64,000 bases of DNA from the NCBI RefSeq assembly GCF_009914755.1, contig NC_060941.1, one strand, 5' to 3'. Within the stretch, counting starts at the first letter, position 1. Every line of letters starts with the position of its first letter. The DNA comes from the human T2T-CHM13v2.0 reference genome, Homo sapiens. The notes beneath the pieces are model-generated. The model had not been told where the DNA came from and ran no database searches. It saw only the letters and a list, made by a program, of their open reading frames with translations. A program made the position numbers and the translations under genes. Positions 27,433 through 40,375 of this stretch are shown one piece after another.

Positions 27433-27465
27433 TGCATTCTCAGTCATGACCACTAGAGGGCAGAA
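27433..27465 (+). promoter_or_regulatory. Candidate CTCF site (core plus upstream motif)
   Basis: tgaCCACTAGAGGGCAGaa fits CCASYAGRKGGCRS exactly; tgcattctc lies 5 bp upstream. Confidence 0.6.
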
Positions 27466-27569
27466 AAGGCCTGCCAAAAGCACACAACGGAGTCCAGGAA
27501 AGAGGAGATCCCAATGCCAGAGCCAGGGGTCCTTGCCTGGCTCTTGGGGCTGCGGTGACAGGGCCACAG

Positions 27570-28655
27570 TCTCTCCTGCTAGTTCCTTGTCATCTCCCCG
27601 ATCTATAAATATTGCTGTTCCCAGGGCTCAGTGCTCAGACCTATTCTCTATTTCCTATCTATTCTCCTTGTGTGTTCTCATCTAGGATCATGATTTTAAA
27701 AATCATCTACATGCTGATAACTCCCAAATTTATATATCTAGCCCACACATCTCCTTAAATGCCATACATGTATTTCAATCACCTACCTGAATCTCCATGT
27801 GAAGACCTAATTAATAGGCCTCTGAAGCTTAACACAACCAAACTTGAACTCCTGGGATCCTTCCCTTCCCTCCTCCCCAAACTCACTCTATCCCAGTCCT
27901 TACCATCTCAGCAAATGGTGACTCCATCCTTCCAATGGTCCAGGCCTAAAACCTTGGCCTCACTTTTCCTCTCACTAACCTATATTCAGTCTGTCAGCAG
28001 ATACTCCAGGCTCTACCTCTAACCCACATGAGCATCTTATCTGCGCTAACACCTTGGTGCAGGCCACCATCATCTGTCACCTGGGCTATCTATGGCAGCA
28101 GCCTCCAAACTGATCCCCTGATTTCACCTCTTGCCCTTTGTCTATTCTCACGGCAGCTGAAGGAATCCTAAGCCATGAGGACTCTGGTCCTACCACTTCT
28201 CTAGTGAAGAGTCTGCTAATGGCTTCCATCTCTCTCAGACAATGACCAAAAATCTTACAAGGCCAACAGGGCCCACCATGCTCCACTCCCTCCATCATCG
28301 CCTCTCTGACATCTCCAACAACCCCCAGCCCACACCCCAGCATGCTGGTTCCCTCTTCCTCCAGACACGCCAGGCACAAGCCCGCTTCATGTTTATTCCT
28401 GATGTTCCATGGACCTTCCCCAGCTTCCCCTCCCAGCCCTGTTTCTTGGCTTATTTTCTTCCATAGCAGTTATGGCAAACTGATCTACTAGATGTTGTAG
28501 TTTCTTATCTGTTGCCTTTCTATGTCCAATTGTGGTCTCACTAGGGAAAGGGATTTTTTTTTTTTTAGTCTAATTTGTCCACTGCTGTCTCTCCAGGGCA
28601 CGGCACACAGTAAGTGATCAATAAGTAGTTATGGAGTGATGAATGAGTGAATGAA
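27570..28655 (+). mobile_element. L2 ~1.1 kb including decayed RT motifs and 3' end
   Basis: cagggctcagtgctc (QGSVL) and catctacatgctgataactcccaaatttatatatctagccca (HLHADNSQIYISSP, cf. YADD); ends tgaatgagtgaatga. Confidence 0.9.
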
Positions 28656-28829
28656 GAGAGTGAGTTCCGACAAATCCTGAGTTTACTAGGGAGAAATCCA
28701 GTCTCAGCCCAGTTGGCTTTCCTAAGAAGATCTTCCAAGAAAGAGTTGACTTTGTCCAAAACAGAACAGAGAATTTCCCTGGAGTTTGAGAAAAGTGGAG
28801 GGAGGGAGACTGACAGTTATTGGACACCT

Positions 28830-29060
28830 ATTAGGGTTAAGAGGATGGACTCTGGAGCCCAACACATTGGGCTTAAATCCCAGTTTCACCGCTTACTTCC
28901 TGTGGGACTGCAGTTAAGTCCGTTAATATCTTCCTGCCTCAGTTTCACAACTGGAAATTGAGGATAGTAATAATACTAGCCTGGTAGGGCTGTTATGAGG
29001 ATTAAGTGAGTTGATATATGCAAAGCACCCAGAATAATGATTGACACTTAGTAAGAGCTC
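28830..29060 (+). mobile_element. MIR
   Basis: ggttaagaggatggactctggagcc...gcctcagtttc...gttatgaggattaagtgag. Confidence 0.9.
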
Positions 29061-29079
29061 TCTAAGGATCAGTTACCAC

Positions 29080-29250
29080 TGTTGTGTGCTTTACATATCC
29101 CATTTGATGCTTATAATAATGCTGTTGGGTAAATAATGTTACTAGCCCATTTTGCAGGTGAGAATGTTGACACTCAAAGGCAAACAGTTGCTTATCCGAG
29201 ACCTCACAGCTAGTGAGAGGTGACCGCAGTGCAGCTCTTTCTGACTTCAT
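29080..29250 (-). mobile_element. MIR
   Basis: cccattttgcaggtgagaatgttgacactca. Confidence 0.7.
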
Positions 29251-29589
29251 TCCCATCAAAAAGGGTGTGGGTGTCCCCTGAGCTTCTCCTTCCTCTCATC
29301 CCTCACTCTGTTTTCTGCTGCTGCCACCACCATCAAGGTGGCCTGTGCTTAACAGCCCCTGCTTTTTAACTCCTGCCCAAGGGAGAACACAAACTCTTTC
29401 CGACTCTACTAGCACCAGCAAAGCAGGCTGCATCTTAAAGAGAACTGTGATAAACATCAAAGCAGCCAGATTCCTCAGGTGGGGGATTCTGATCCTAAGC
29501 TGATGCCCCCCTCATCCCTCTGTCCCCAGGAAGAAGAGACCACCAGCCCACAGGCAGACAGCACCTGTCCCTGCTGCACTTGGTACCCA

Positions 29590-29710
29590 TCCCCTTCCCA
29601 GGCACTCCCCGGCCAACTGAGATTCAGTGGGTCCAAGAGGGAGCTGGAATCAGTATTTTAGCAGGCTCCCAAGGCAATTTTTGTCTTGGGGAAGTTTGAA
29701 AAAGACTGGC
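29590..29710. mobile_element. MER5-type fragment
   Basis: ggaatcagtattttagcaggctcccaaggcaatt...aagtttgaaaaagactg. Confidence 0.55.
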
Positions 29711-29714
29711 ATAG

Positions 29715-29955
29715 ACCTTAAGGGCATGGACTCTGGAATGAAACTGCCTAGAGTTCAAACTCTAGCTCCATCCTTTCCTGTGTGACCATGGACAGGTTTC
29801 TCGACCTCTCTGAATTTCTATTTTCTTCTATGTGAGATGTGGGTAATAAAACTGTCTAGCTTATAGAGTTGAGAGAGGATTAAATGAAATCATGCATGTA
29901 AAGTGCTTAACACAATAGCCAGCACTCAACAAACATTATTATGATCAATATTGTT
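29715..29955 (+). mobile_element. MIR
   Basis: ttaagggcatggactctgga...tgtgtgaccatggacagg...gaggattaaatgaaatcatgcatgtaaagtgctt. Confidence 0.9.
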
Positions 29956-30354
29956 GTTTTTAGTATTATCCAAAGTGAAGCAGCCTAGATTTTCAGATTC
30001 CCTTGGACCCAAAGTTCAGTGCAGGTGCCTTCACACCTTTGGGGGGGGGGAGCTGACACACACCGTCACTCTGGTCATGTCTCCCTGGACCTCACAGACC
30101 CCACATAACCAGAACTGCACATGCAGTAGGGTGAGGGGCCAGCTCTGACACTCCAGCCCCTGCACTGAGGTGGGAAGTTACACAGTAGGGTGAGGCCAGC
30201 ACTGGGCCCAGAGCCTGGCACAAAGCCCAGGTGCCTGGGAGGGCCTGAATAGCACCTCTTTGCCTTAGGGAGCCGGGGCTAGATGCTGCTGACTGGCTCC
30301 AAATGCAGCCTCTTTACCTGGAGTCACACAGCCCTTCAGAAAATCAGAGGTGCT

Positions 30355-30802
30355 CCCCTTCCTGTGTCCATGTGTTCTCATTGTTCAATTCCCACCTATG
30401 AGTGAGAACATGCGGTGTTTGGTTTTTTGTCCTTGCGATAGTTTGCTGAGAATGATGGTTTCCAGCTTCATCCATGTCCCTACAAAGGACATGAACTCAT
30501 CATTTTTTACGGCTGCATAGTATTCCATGGTGTATATGTGCCACATTTTCTTAATCCAGTCTATCATTGTTGGACATTTGGGTTGGTTCCAAGTCTTTGC
30601 TATTGTGAATAGTGCCGCAATAAACATACGTGTGCATGTGTCTGTTGTGGGGTGGGGGGAGCGGGGAGGGATAGCATTAGGAGATATACCTAATGTTAAA
30701 TGACAAGTTGATGGGTGCAGCACACCAACATGGCACATGTATACATATGTAACTAACCTGCATGTTGTGCACACATACCCTAAAACTTAAAGTATAATAA
30801 AA
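30355..30802 (+). mobile_element. Young 5'-inverted (twin-primed) L1PA, probably L1PA4-like
   Basis: 30355-30643 antisense ORF2 end; 30642-30802 sense 3' UTR and A tail; perfect TSD aaaatcagaggtgct at 30340 and 30803. Confidence 0.95.
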
Positions 30803-30829
30803 AAAATCAGAGGTGCTGAGGCTCAGAAG

Positions 30830-32400
30830 GTGCTGACCCCCGCTTTGGGACTGCGTGACACTCGGAAAGAAAACAGAGAGGAACTGACTTCCTGACGGGC
30901 ATGGAGGCCACCTCCTGCTGCCTCCACCCCCAGGGTGGTGTGCTCTGACTCCGCCCCTCCTTCAGGAAGGGCAGAGGTGACCACTTATTGGGGTGAGACA
31001 GTGCAGGGCAGGCAGCCAGGTGGAGCAAAAAGAGTCTCAGACAGGGAGTCAGAGTGGAGACGGAGGGATGGAGGATCAGAGAGTGCGAGAGGGAGAGGAG
31101 GGGAGGAGGAGGAAGCAGCCGACGCCCAGCCCCAGCCCGGCATGCAACACTGCCCCTGCAGCCTGCCCGCTTCTCTCCTCTGCTCCTGAGAACGCCTGCC
31201 ATTCGCTGCTGGGCCATCCTCTCCCTCTAGTCCAGGCGGTTCGCTTATGCTGTTCCCTTAACAGGAACCCGTCTCCTCGCAAACCCTCTTTTACTGACTT
31301 GGCTAATTCCTGCTCGTCTCTCGGATTTGGCCTGACATCACGCTCTGGGGAGCCTCCCTGAGTGCTGCCTCCCCCGGTCTGGTTGAGTCTAGTGGGCGAC
31401 CCCAGCAAGCTGTACACCAGACAACCCCTGCCCTGCCCCCATAACAGTGTGTCCTGAGGACCAGAACCACCTCTTTGCGGGGCACCTCCTCACTCCGCGG
31501 AGAAGAGATGTGCTGTTTCCCGGCCTCATCCCAGCACCTCCCAGAGCCTGGCGCTCCTAGCTACTAATGGAAGTTCCCAGAAGGAAGCCCTCGCCGGATG
31601 CCACTCACCTGGCTTCTCAGTAGCACCTGAGCCTAAGCCCTTCCTACACCGCAGGCCACATTCCCTCTGCTGCTCGTCCCACCAAGCCCCCAAACCCAAA
31701 GCTGCAACCCCTCGAATTCTACACAAGTGAGCTAAAGGCGGGGGCGGGGGGGGGGTGTCCCAAGGTGGGGGAAGAAGTGACCTAAGATGCAAGGAGAGAT
31801 ACCTGAGACCCAGGGAGGCCCCAGGGAGCAGCTGGGAACATCCGGGTGAGAGAAAGAGGGTGGGGGAGGAGAAGGGCAGGAGCGCAAAGTGACCGCCAGC
31901 TGAAAGAGCCGATCCGCAGAGCTGCAGCCAGCAGGGCCTGGAGACATCAGACCTGGCAGCTAAAATGCCCCATGAATATTTAACAGCCGTCAATATTTAA
32001 TTAGTGCAGACAGATTAACTCCGAAATCACACATACTTGGGCTGGGCTCCCCAACTCCTGGAGGGGGAGTCAGAAGGAGAGGGATGGGCCCAAGGGAGAG
32101 GCTCTGTTCATCACCATATGGCCCCTAGCCTGCTCACCTTCCCCTCCCTACCACCTCCCCCTGCAAAGAGCGGGCAACACTCACAAAAGTCAGAGGGGCA
32201 GCGACACCCTGAGAAGCCAAGGGGAAGGTCTGCATCTCCAGAGGGTTGGGGGTACGGTGGGGTGAGGGCAGTGCCGGGCAGAGGGGCCAGGTCAGCAGCT
32301 GGGCGGGAGGAGGTGGCACAGCAGCCCTTTCCACCGCAGCTCCACCAGCTCAGCCGAGGGTGGGCTCCACATCAGCAGCCCCGCACAGAGCCTGCCAGAC
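30830..32400. promoter_or_regulatory. GC/CpG-enriched promoter- or enhancer-like unique block
   Basis: About 50 CpG by manual count in ~1.55 kb with no recognisable repeat; GC boxes (ctccgcccc, gggggcgggg), ETS acttcctg, G-run clusters. Confidence 0.5.
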
Positions 32401-32749
32401 CCCAGCCTGACTTGCAGGAGCAGGTGTCATGGTGTAATTACTTCTGTGCCTGTGCCATGCCTGGATTATGCTGTTTATTGCATCAGCAGTGGGACCAAGA
32501 GTCTTTTTATTCTCTTCTTGTTTCTTTGAGGTTTATCACATCTTGTGCCACTTTTTTATTTAATGGAGTATCCCTGGACTTCATCATCTGGTCATAAATT
32601 GCCACAGTTGATGTCCTTTTTTTTTTTTTTTATAAAAAACATTTGGCCCAGGACTTGTAAAATGTCCTAGCCAGGCCTGGGCTCTGCCCGCCTCTCCATG
32701 CTGGAGTTTACATTCCAGCACAAAGATGGTCTTAGGTTCCACAAACAAC

Positions 32750-33030
32750 CCAGCTTGCTTTATGACCTTGTGCCCTTGTGCATCCTGTGTGTTCCACCTT
32801 GAGCACCCTACCCCTTCCTCCTACTTTAAGGTTTGACTCAGAGGCCTTTTTCCTCCAGGATACTTTCATTGATGTCCTATCTCATAACAATTTGTTTGCT
32901 TTCCTGACTCCCCCAGGATGAGCGCCTCAAAGACAGAAATCAAAACCTGTACATACATCCTGCCTAACCTTGGAAAGGGCACCTAGTGGGTGCTCAGTAA
33001 TCTTCTTTTAACTTTAATGAATTAAAGTAA
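32750..33030 (+). mobile_element. L2 3' fragment
   Basis: cctttttcctccaggatactttc...ggcacctagtgggtgctcagtaa. Confidence 0.55.
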
Positions 33031-33084
33031 GAAGAGATTTCAGATAGGGACTGGAGAACTGTCAAACACATTGTGTAGACGGCT

Positions 33085-33530
33085 TGTGTATCCATTAGCT
33101 ATGGCCGTGTAACAGCCACAAAAATCTCAGTGGTGCATATAAATTAGCCTTCATTCTCAAAGGTATTCAAGTCAGCTATGGCTTGGTGATCTAAGTTCAG
33201 CCAGGCAATTCTGCTTCAAGCCACAGCCCTGCTTCTCGCTGCAAGATGGAGGGTTGACTGGAAAAGCCTCCTCCAAGCATCTGTCACCCACCCTGGGCTG
33301 GTGGGCTAGCTGGGATATGCTCATTTTATGGCAGTGGGAGAGGTACAAGAGGAGATGCCCAAACACATAAAAGCTTCTGTCATATTACTAACATCTCCTT
33401 GACCAAAGCAAGTCACATGGTCAAACCCAAAGTCAGGAAGCAAGGAAGTAAACAGGACATGAGAAGACATCATGAAAAGGGTTAGGGGAGGGGGTGTAAA
33501 GAAATGGGCCAGTATTTCAACTGATCACAG
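33085..33530 (-). mobile_element. MLT1-type LTR
   Basis: tgtgtatccattagctatggccgtgtaacagccac...ttgaccaaagcaagtcacatggtcaaacccaaagtcagg. Confidence 0.75.
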
Positions 33531-34194
33531 GTGGGTCCCCATCACCCCATGCACAGGATCCCAGAATGGTAGGACCCCAGTGGGACAGGAAAGAGAGGAA
33601 TGAATGGGCTCACACTTGTAGTCTCATGAGCTTCTCCTTCTCACCTCCTCCCCACCCTTTTTTCCCCGGGCATCTGGGTTAACAAAACAGCAACAGAGAC
33701 AAAATAAGTTTATAGAAGACACTAATGTGAGCCACAGGTTATGGTACCAAAAGCAGAGAGAAGGGGACAGAGCCGATGCTGAGAATCCAAGCCGAAGACA
33801 GACACTGGATGGTGGAAGATAGAAGCCAGGGACCAGGACAAATGATGACCTTTAGCCACACAGTGCAGGGAACAAAGCCTTAGCCCTCAAGTCAGCAGGC
33901 CTGGCTATGGCTGTTTCCCACCGGTATGATAAGGACTTTGGACTCTAAGAAACTGAAAACCCCGATGACCCTGATGTCATGATTCCTCAACCTCTGCCTC
34001 GTTTCTTTCTCCTCAACAGGCACATTCTGAAATCTTCTCTAAACCCCTCACAGTGAAAATAAGACCACCCTCTGTCTATGTCATTAGACTCCCAAGGCTT
34101 CAAGGCAAAAAAGGATTGTCAGAAGTAGGTCATTGGCAGGTGGGTGGTTGTCTTTCCTTCTGAGATGTGGAATCCAATATTTAGAGTCAGAATA

Positions 34195-34445
34195 AGCAGC
34201 TGGTAGATGGAAAAGAATCCTCTTCGGAATCAGAAAAATACGGGTTCAAGTTCTGGCACCACCATCTGCTAGTTGAGTCATCTTGGAGAGTCACATAAAC
34301 TCTTGAGCCTCAGCTTCACTGCCTGTCAAATGGGCTGATCATAGTAACCACTCGGAGCTGCAGAAGGGGTGGGGATTAAATGATAGAAGGTGTGTAACAC
34401 ACTCAGCCTGGTGCCTGGCCCAACAAAGGAGCTCAACCTATATCA
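34195..34445 (+). mobile_element. MIR
   Basis: gggttcaagttctggc...gagcctcagcttcactgcctgtcaaatggg. Confidence 0.8.
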
Positions 34446-35173
34446 TTTCCTCTCCCTTTTCTATCCCCAGCTCCTGAATCTTCATTGATTCTGCCTCCCC
34501 TGCCCCCAAATCTATGAAATTAAAATTCCTGCCAACAGTTTAATAATTTCCTCAGCTAATTCCCTTCAGACCCCAAGGCCTATATCCGGACATGGTGATT
34601 TGGTCCAGGTAGGCGTCATCCAAATGTTCTAAGTATTCTCTTTCCTACCTTTAATCAACTATATTGACAAGCCTTCTGTCCCTTTCTAATTGCCCATCCC
34701 TAGGATTTTTTTCATTTCCTTGTTAAAGACCAATATTACAAAGCACTTCAGCAGCTCAGCCATTTTTATCATCATCATTAATTTTATTTCCCTTCTCATT
34801 TATTAATGGGCCAGGCGGCTTTCAAGTATCTCTTTTCCCCTGATATATTTGTAAAACGCCCTTCTTATTCCCTTTGGAGGCCCCAAGGCTCTCTGCAGCT
34901 TTTATTTCTTCCCTTGGCTGCCCTTCTGTTTCTCTGAAGCCTTTGCTGACTCCAGATCTTCCTTTTGTGCCCCCCGCCCACCTTCCTCAGCCCTCCACCT
35001 CTCCTCCCTCCCTCCCTCCCTCCCTCCTCAGACTTGGTCGGAGGCCTGGTCTCTAAGCCTGTCTCTGTGTTGAGGCCCACATGGCTCTGAGAGCACCAAG
35101 GATTTGCCAAGCTCCTGCCCCATCCCTATTCTGCTCACACTCTGTGAGCAGAGAGGAGCTTTTATCCATGTAG

Positions 35174-36410
<1,237 letters not shown>

Positions 36411-36414
36411 CTTA

Positions 36415-37480
36415 ATTCATTCATTGTCTCAACGAATATTTGTGGGGCACCTCATATGTGCCAGAACTGTTCTAGGGACCAGTGAGCAAATAGATAAAAT
36501 TTTGCAGGGCACTCATATTCCTGTTGGAGAGACAGACGATACACAAGACAATAAATACATACAGTATCAGATAAGGACAACTGGCAGGCCAGGGAGAAAA
36601 AAGATTAAGCAGTCAAGGGGTATATAAAATGTCAAAGGTTGAAATTTCAGGGAAAGGAGTCACAAAGACCTCACTGCATCAAGACCTGAAGAAAGTGAGG
36701 GAGGTCTTCATGGGAGCATCTGGGAGAGGAGTGATTCAGGGAAACAGAACACATTCCAAAGGCCCCAAGGTAGAAGCAGGACCTTCAAGGACTAGCCAGG
36801 AGACCATGCGTGAGAAAAAAAAAAGGAAGAAAGTACCACGCGATAAAGTCGGAGAGGAAAGAGGGAGCCAGACCTTGTGGAGTCTGTAAGTCATGGTAAG
36901 GTGTGCATGTGTGCATGCATTTGCACGTGTAGAACAGAGAAAGAAGGGAAGTCACTGAAAGGTTTGGAGTGAGCAATACAATCTGGCCTGTGTGTTAACA
37001 GAGTTGCTCTGATGGAGAATGGACCATGATGCTGGGTGCAGGGACAGAGTAGAAACTCGGACGGTGGGGAGATCAGTTAAGAGGCTCTTCGGTGACCCAC
37101 AGCACAGAGATGATGGTGGCTCAGACCAGAGTGGGGTAGCAGGAATGGTGGGAGGTGCTTGGATTCTGGAAATATTTTAGATGCAGAGCTGGCAAAATTA
37201 GCTGGCTGATTATAGCTTGGGAGAAAAAGAGAAGTCATGAATGACCCCAAAGTGTTCAGCCTGAGCCCCCCCAAAAATGGACTTGCCATTCACTGAGACA
37301 GGGACAATGCAGGAAAGGCAGGTCTGGAAAGGCAGGGTCAGCAGCTAAGCTTAGGGCACGTGGCATGAGACGCCCAGAAGGTGGCCTAAAGAGATGCTGA
37401 GTAGACCGATGGATATACAGATCCCGAGCTCAGGCGCACATCCTGGAATCATCAGCGTATAGCTGGCATTTAAAGCCATG
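36415..37480 (-). mobile_element. L2 ~1 kb
   Basis: attcattcattgtctcaacgaatatttg...ggattctggaaatattttag...tcatcagcgtatagctggcatttaaagccatg. Confidence 0.85.
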
Positions 37481-37772
37481 AAACACAGCAGGCTGGGAAT
37501 CAAAGAATTATTTCATTAGTATCTGAGGCAGTGCTCAATAACCCCCATGGAGGTGTTTCTGGGATAACTGAGCTGGAGAGCATGGCTGAGCCTGGAGGTC
37601 TAACCAGACTTTGATTTCCTCTTCTGATTCTGAAAGCAGGCCTGAATTATTCACCTGACATGGGGTCTAGAGGATGAGGCGAGGTCTTCCTCTTGGGGAC
37701 CTGCCTTGTCTTCTTGCCAACTTTATATGGAACTCAGAAATAGGGCCTGCCTTGGGATGTGTCCATGAGGAT

Positions 37773-38171
37773 TGCTATGGGCTGAACTGTGTCCTCAGTC
37801 CAAATTCATATGCTGAAGCCCTAATCACCGATGGAACTGTATTCGGAGATAGGGCCCATAGGGAGGCAATTAAGGTTAAATGAGAGGATTAGGATGGGGC
37901 CTGATAATATAGGATTCTTGTTCTTATAAGAATAGACACCAGAGCTCATTCGCTCTCTCTCTCTCTCTCCCACCCTTCCCATGCCCCCCACCCCCCACCC
38001 CTCACCATGTGAGCTCACAGGTAGAAGACTGCCGTCTGCAAGCCAGGAACCAAATCAGCCAGGAACTTGACCTTGGTTCCCCAGCCTCTGGAACTGTGAG
38101 ACATGAATTTCTAAGGTTTAAACCACTCAGTCTTTGGCACTTAGTGACAACAGTCTGAGCAGTTTAAGACA
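37773..38171 (+). mobile_element. MLT1A-type MaLR LTR
   Basis: tgctatgggctgaactgtgtcc...aaattcatatgctgaagccctaa...cagcctctggaactgtgag. Confidence 0.85.
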
Positions 38172-38384
38172 AAGACACATGCAGCCCCACAGGGAATGTT
38201 ACACCTAGGTGGCAGCATATCTGCCTACTTTCTAATGTTCCCAGGAGAGTCCAGAATTTGACCTGTCACTTTACAACTCCTCTTCCTTTGTGGTGGAAGG
38301 AGGGAAAGGAAAAGTGGAGAGTGAGAAGCAAGGTTGCAGTTCTTTCCCCAGCAAAACTCTCTCAACAGAAAGAAGGAAATAGGG

Positions 38385-38694
<310 letters not shown>

Positions 38695-39077
38695 CTAACT
38701 ACTATTGTTACTAGTGTTACTAGGTCATAGCCCCTACCCTGCCCAGGAGCACATGCAGCCTCTGCACCCAGGCTTCTGACCTTGCACCGTCCACCAGTAA
38801 TGTAGGAAGGCCATAGCGGATGGGAGCCCCTGCACTCCTCACTCTCCATTAACACTCTTTCATGGATCCCTTTAGCATCCACCATGACTGATCTCTCTAA
38901 CACATCCTCCTTACCTTGCTTTTTGAACTTGGCTCTCATCATTGACCTTCCCAGCCCTAGACATTTGGCAGCCTCTTGCCCATGATTTTGCTTTTCCCGT
39001 ATCTGAGCTGTCTCAGGATACCTTGGGAATTCATCATCTTTCTCTTCCATCCTTCTACCCTTCCACTCTTTCACCAG

Positions 39078-39780
39078 CCATGCACTGAATATTTGTGCCC
39101 ATCCGCCAACTCACCCCCTTCAACTTATGTTGAAGCCCTAATCCCTGTGTGATGGTATTTGGAGGTGGGGCCTTTGGGAGGTAATTAGGTCATGAGGGTG
39201 GAGCCCTCATGAATGGGATTAGTGCCTTGATAGGAAGAGGCCAAAGAGCTCACTCTCCTTCCACCATGTGAGGACACAGCAAGACGATGGCTGTCTATAA
39301 ACAAGGATAAGGCGCTCATCAAGAACCCAGCCCTGCGGCACTCTAGCTAGGACTTCCAATCTCCAAACTGTGAAAAATAAATGTTTGGGGTTTTTTTTTG
39401 TTTATTTGTTTGTTTATTTGTTTTTGAGACAGAGTCTCACTCTTTTTTGCCCAGGCTGGAGTGCAGTGGCATGGTCTCGGCCCACTGCAACCTCTGCCTC
39501 CTGGGTTCAAGCAATTCTGCTGCCTCAGCCTCCCAAGTAGAGTAGCTGGGATTACAGGCACCCACCACCACGCCGAGCTAATTTTGTATTTTTTTTAGTA
39601 GAGACGGGATTTTGCCATGTTGGTCAGACTGGTCTTAAGCTCCTGACCTCAGCTGATCTGGCCCGCCTTGGCATCCCAAAGTGCTGGGATTACAGGCAGG
39701 AGCCACCACACCCGGCCAAATGTTTGGTGTTTAAGCCACCCAGGATACAGAAGTTTGTTATGGCAGCCTGAGCTAAGACA
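39078..39780 (+). mobile_element. MST/MLT1A-type MaLR LTR interrupted by an Alu
   Basis: gatggtatttggaggtggggcctttgggaggtaattaggtcatgagggtggagccctcatgaatgggattagtgcc...gctaagaca. Confidence 0.85.
39391..39717 (-). mobile_element. Alu (AluS-like), full length
   Basis: TSD aaatgtttgg(g/t)gttt on both sides. Confidence 0.97.
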
Positions 39781-40304
39781 CCCCCCTCCTCTTCACACCC
39801 ACCTCCCCTTCACACTCATCACCTAATTTGAGCCTATGGGGTTGTGTATGGAGTCTTTATAGGACTGAACATGCTTCAAACCAAGTCATCATACAGACAC
39901 AGAAAAGCAAAAAGATATGATCTTGTAAAAGAAATGTCTCCTTCTCCCAAATTACCAGGTATGTGGAATATAATATATGTTACCTTATGAACATTTTTTA
40001 AAGATTATTAAATTTAAACACAGATTGAGGTATTTGAATTTCAAAGACTATCTGTACAAAGCAAACAAAAAAAAAAAGTCCCAAGATTGGGAAAGGAGTT
40101 GATATAAATGATAACTGACAAAGTACAGCCCCGTGGTTCTCAGACTAGAGGATTCTGTAGTTCAGCAATTTTTTTTTTTGTAACAGCAAAAAAGGAGGTT
40201 GACAGATACATCATTGGTATGAATGGAGAAGGAAGAAAATAAAAGTCATAAGTGTGAATGAGATGACAGTTAACAAGCTAAGGAGTTTGTTGTGGTTTAT
40301 GTAT

Positions 40305-40375
40305 ATACTTTTAAGTTCTGGGATACATGTGCAGAACATGCAGGTTTGTTACTATACATTGATGGGTGCAGCAAA
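40305..40375 (-). mobile_element. ~70-bp L1PA 3'-terminal fragment with inverted piece
   Basis: atacttttaagttctgggatacatgtgcagaacatgcaggtttgttac (antisense) then ttgatgggtgcagcaaa (sense). Confidence 0.8.

Noticed and set aside
32037-32597. 186-aa ORF and other long ORFs in the GC-rich block
   Set aside because: TTG start, low-complexity composition, no domain; expected in GC-rich DNA.
38201-38218. CTCF-like cacctaggtggcagca
   Set aside because: Two mismatches in the 5' CCAC part of the core.
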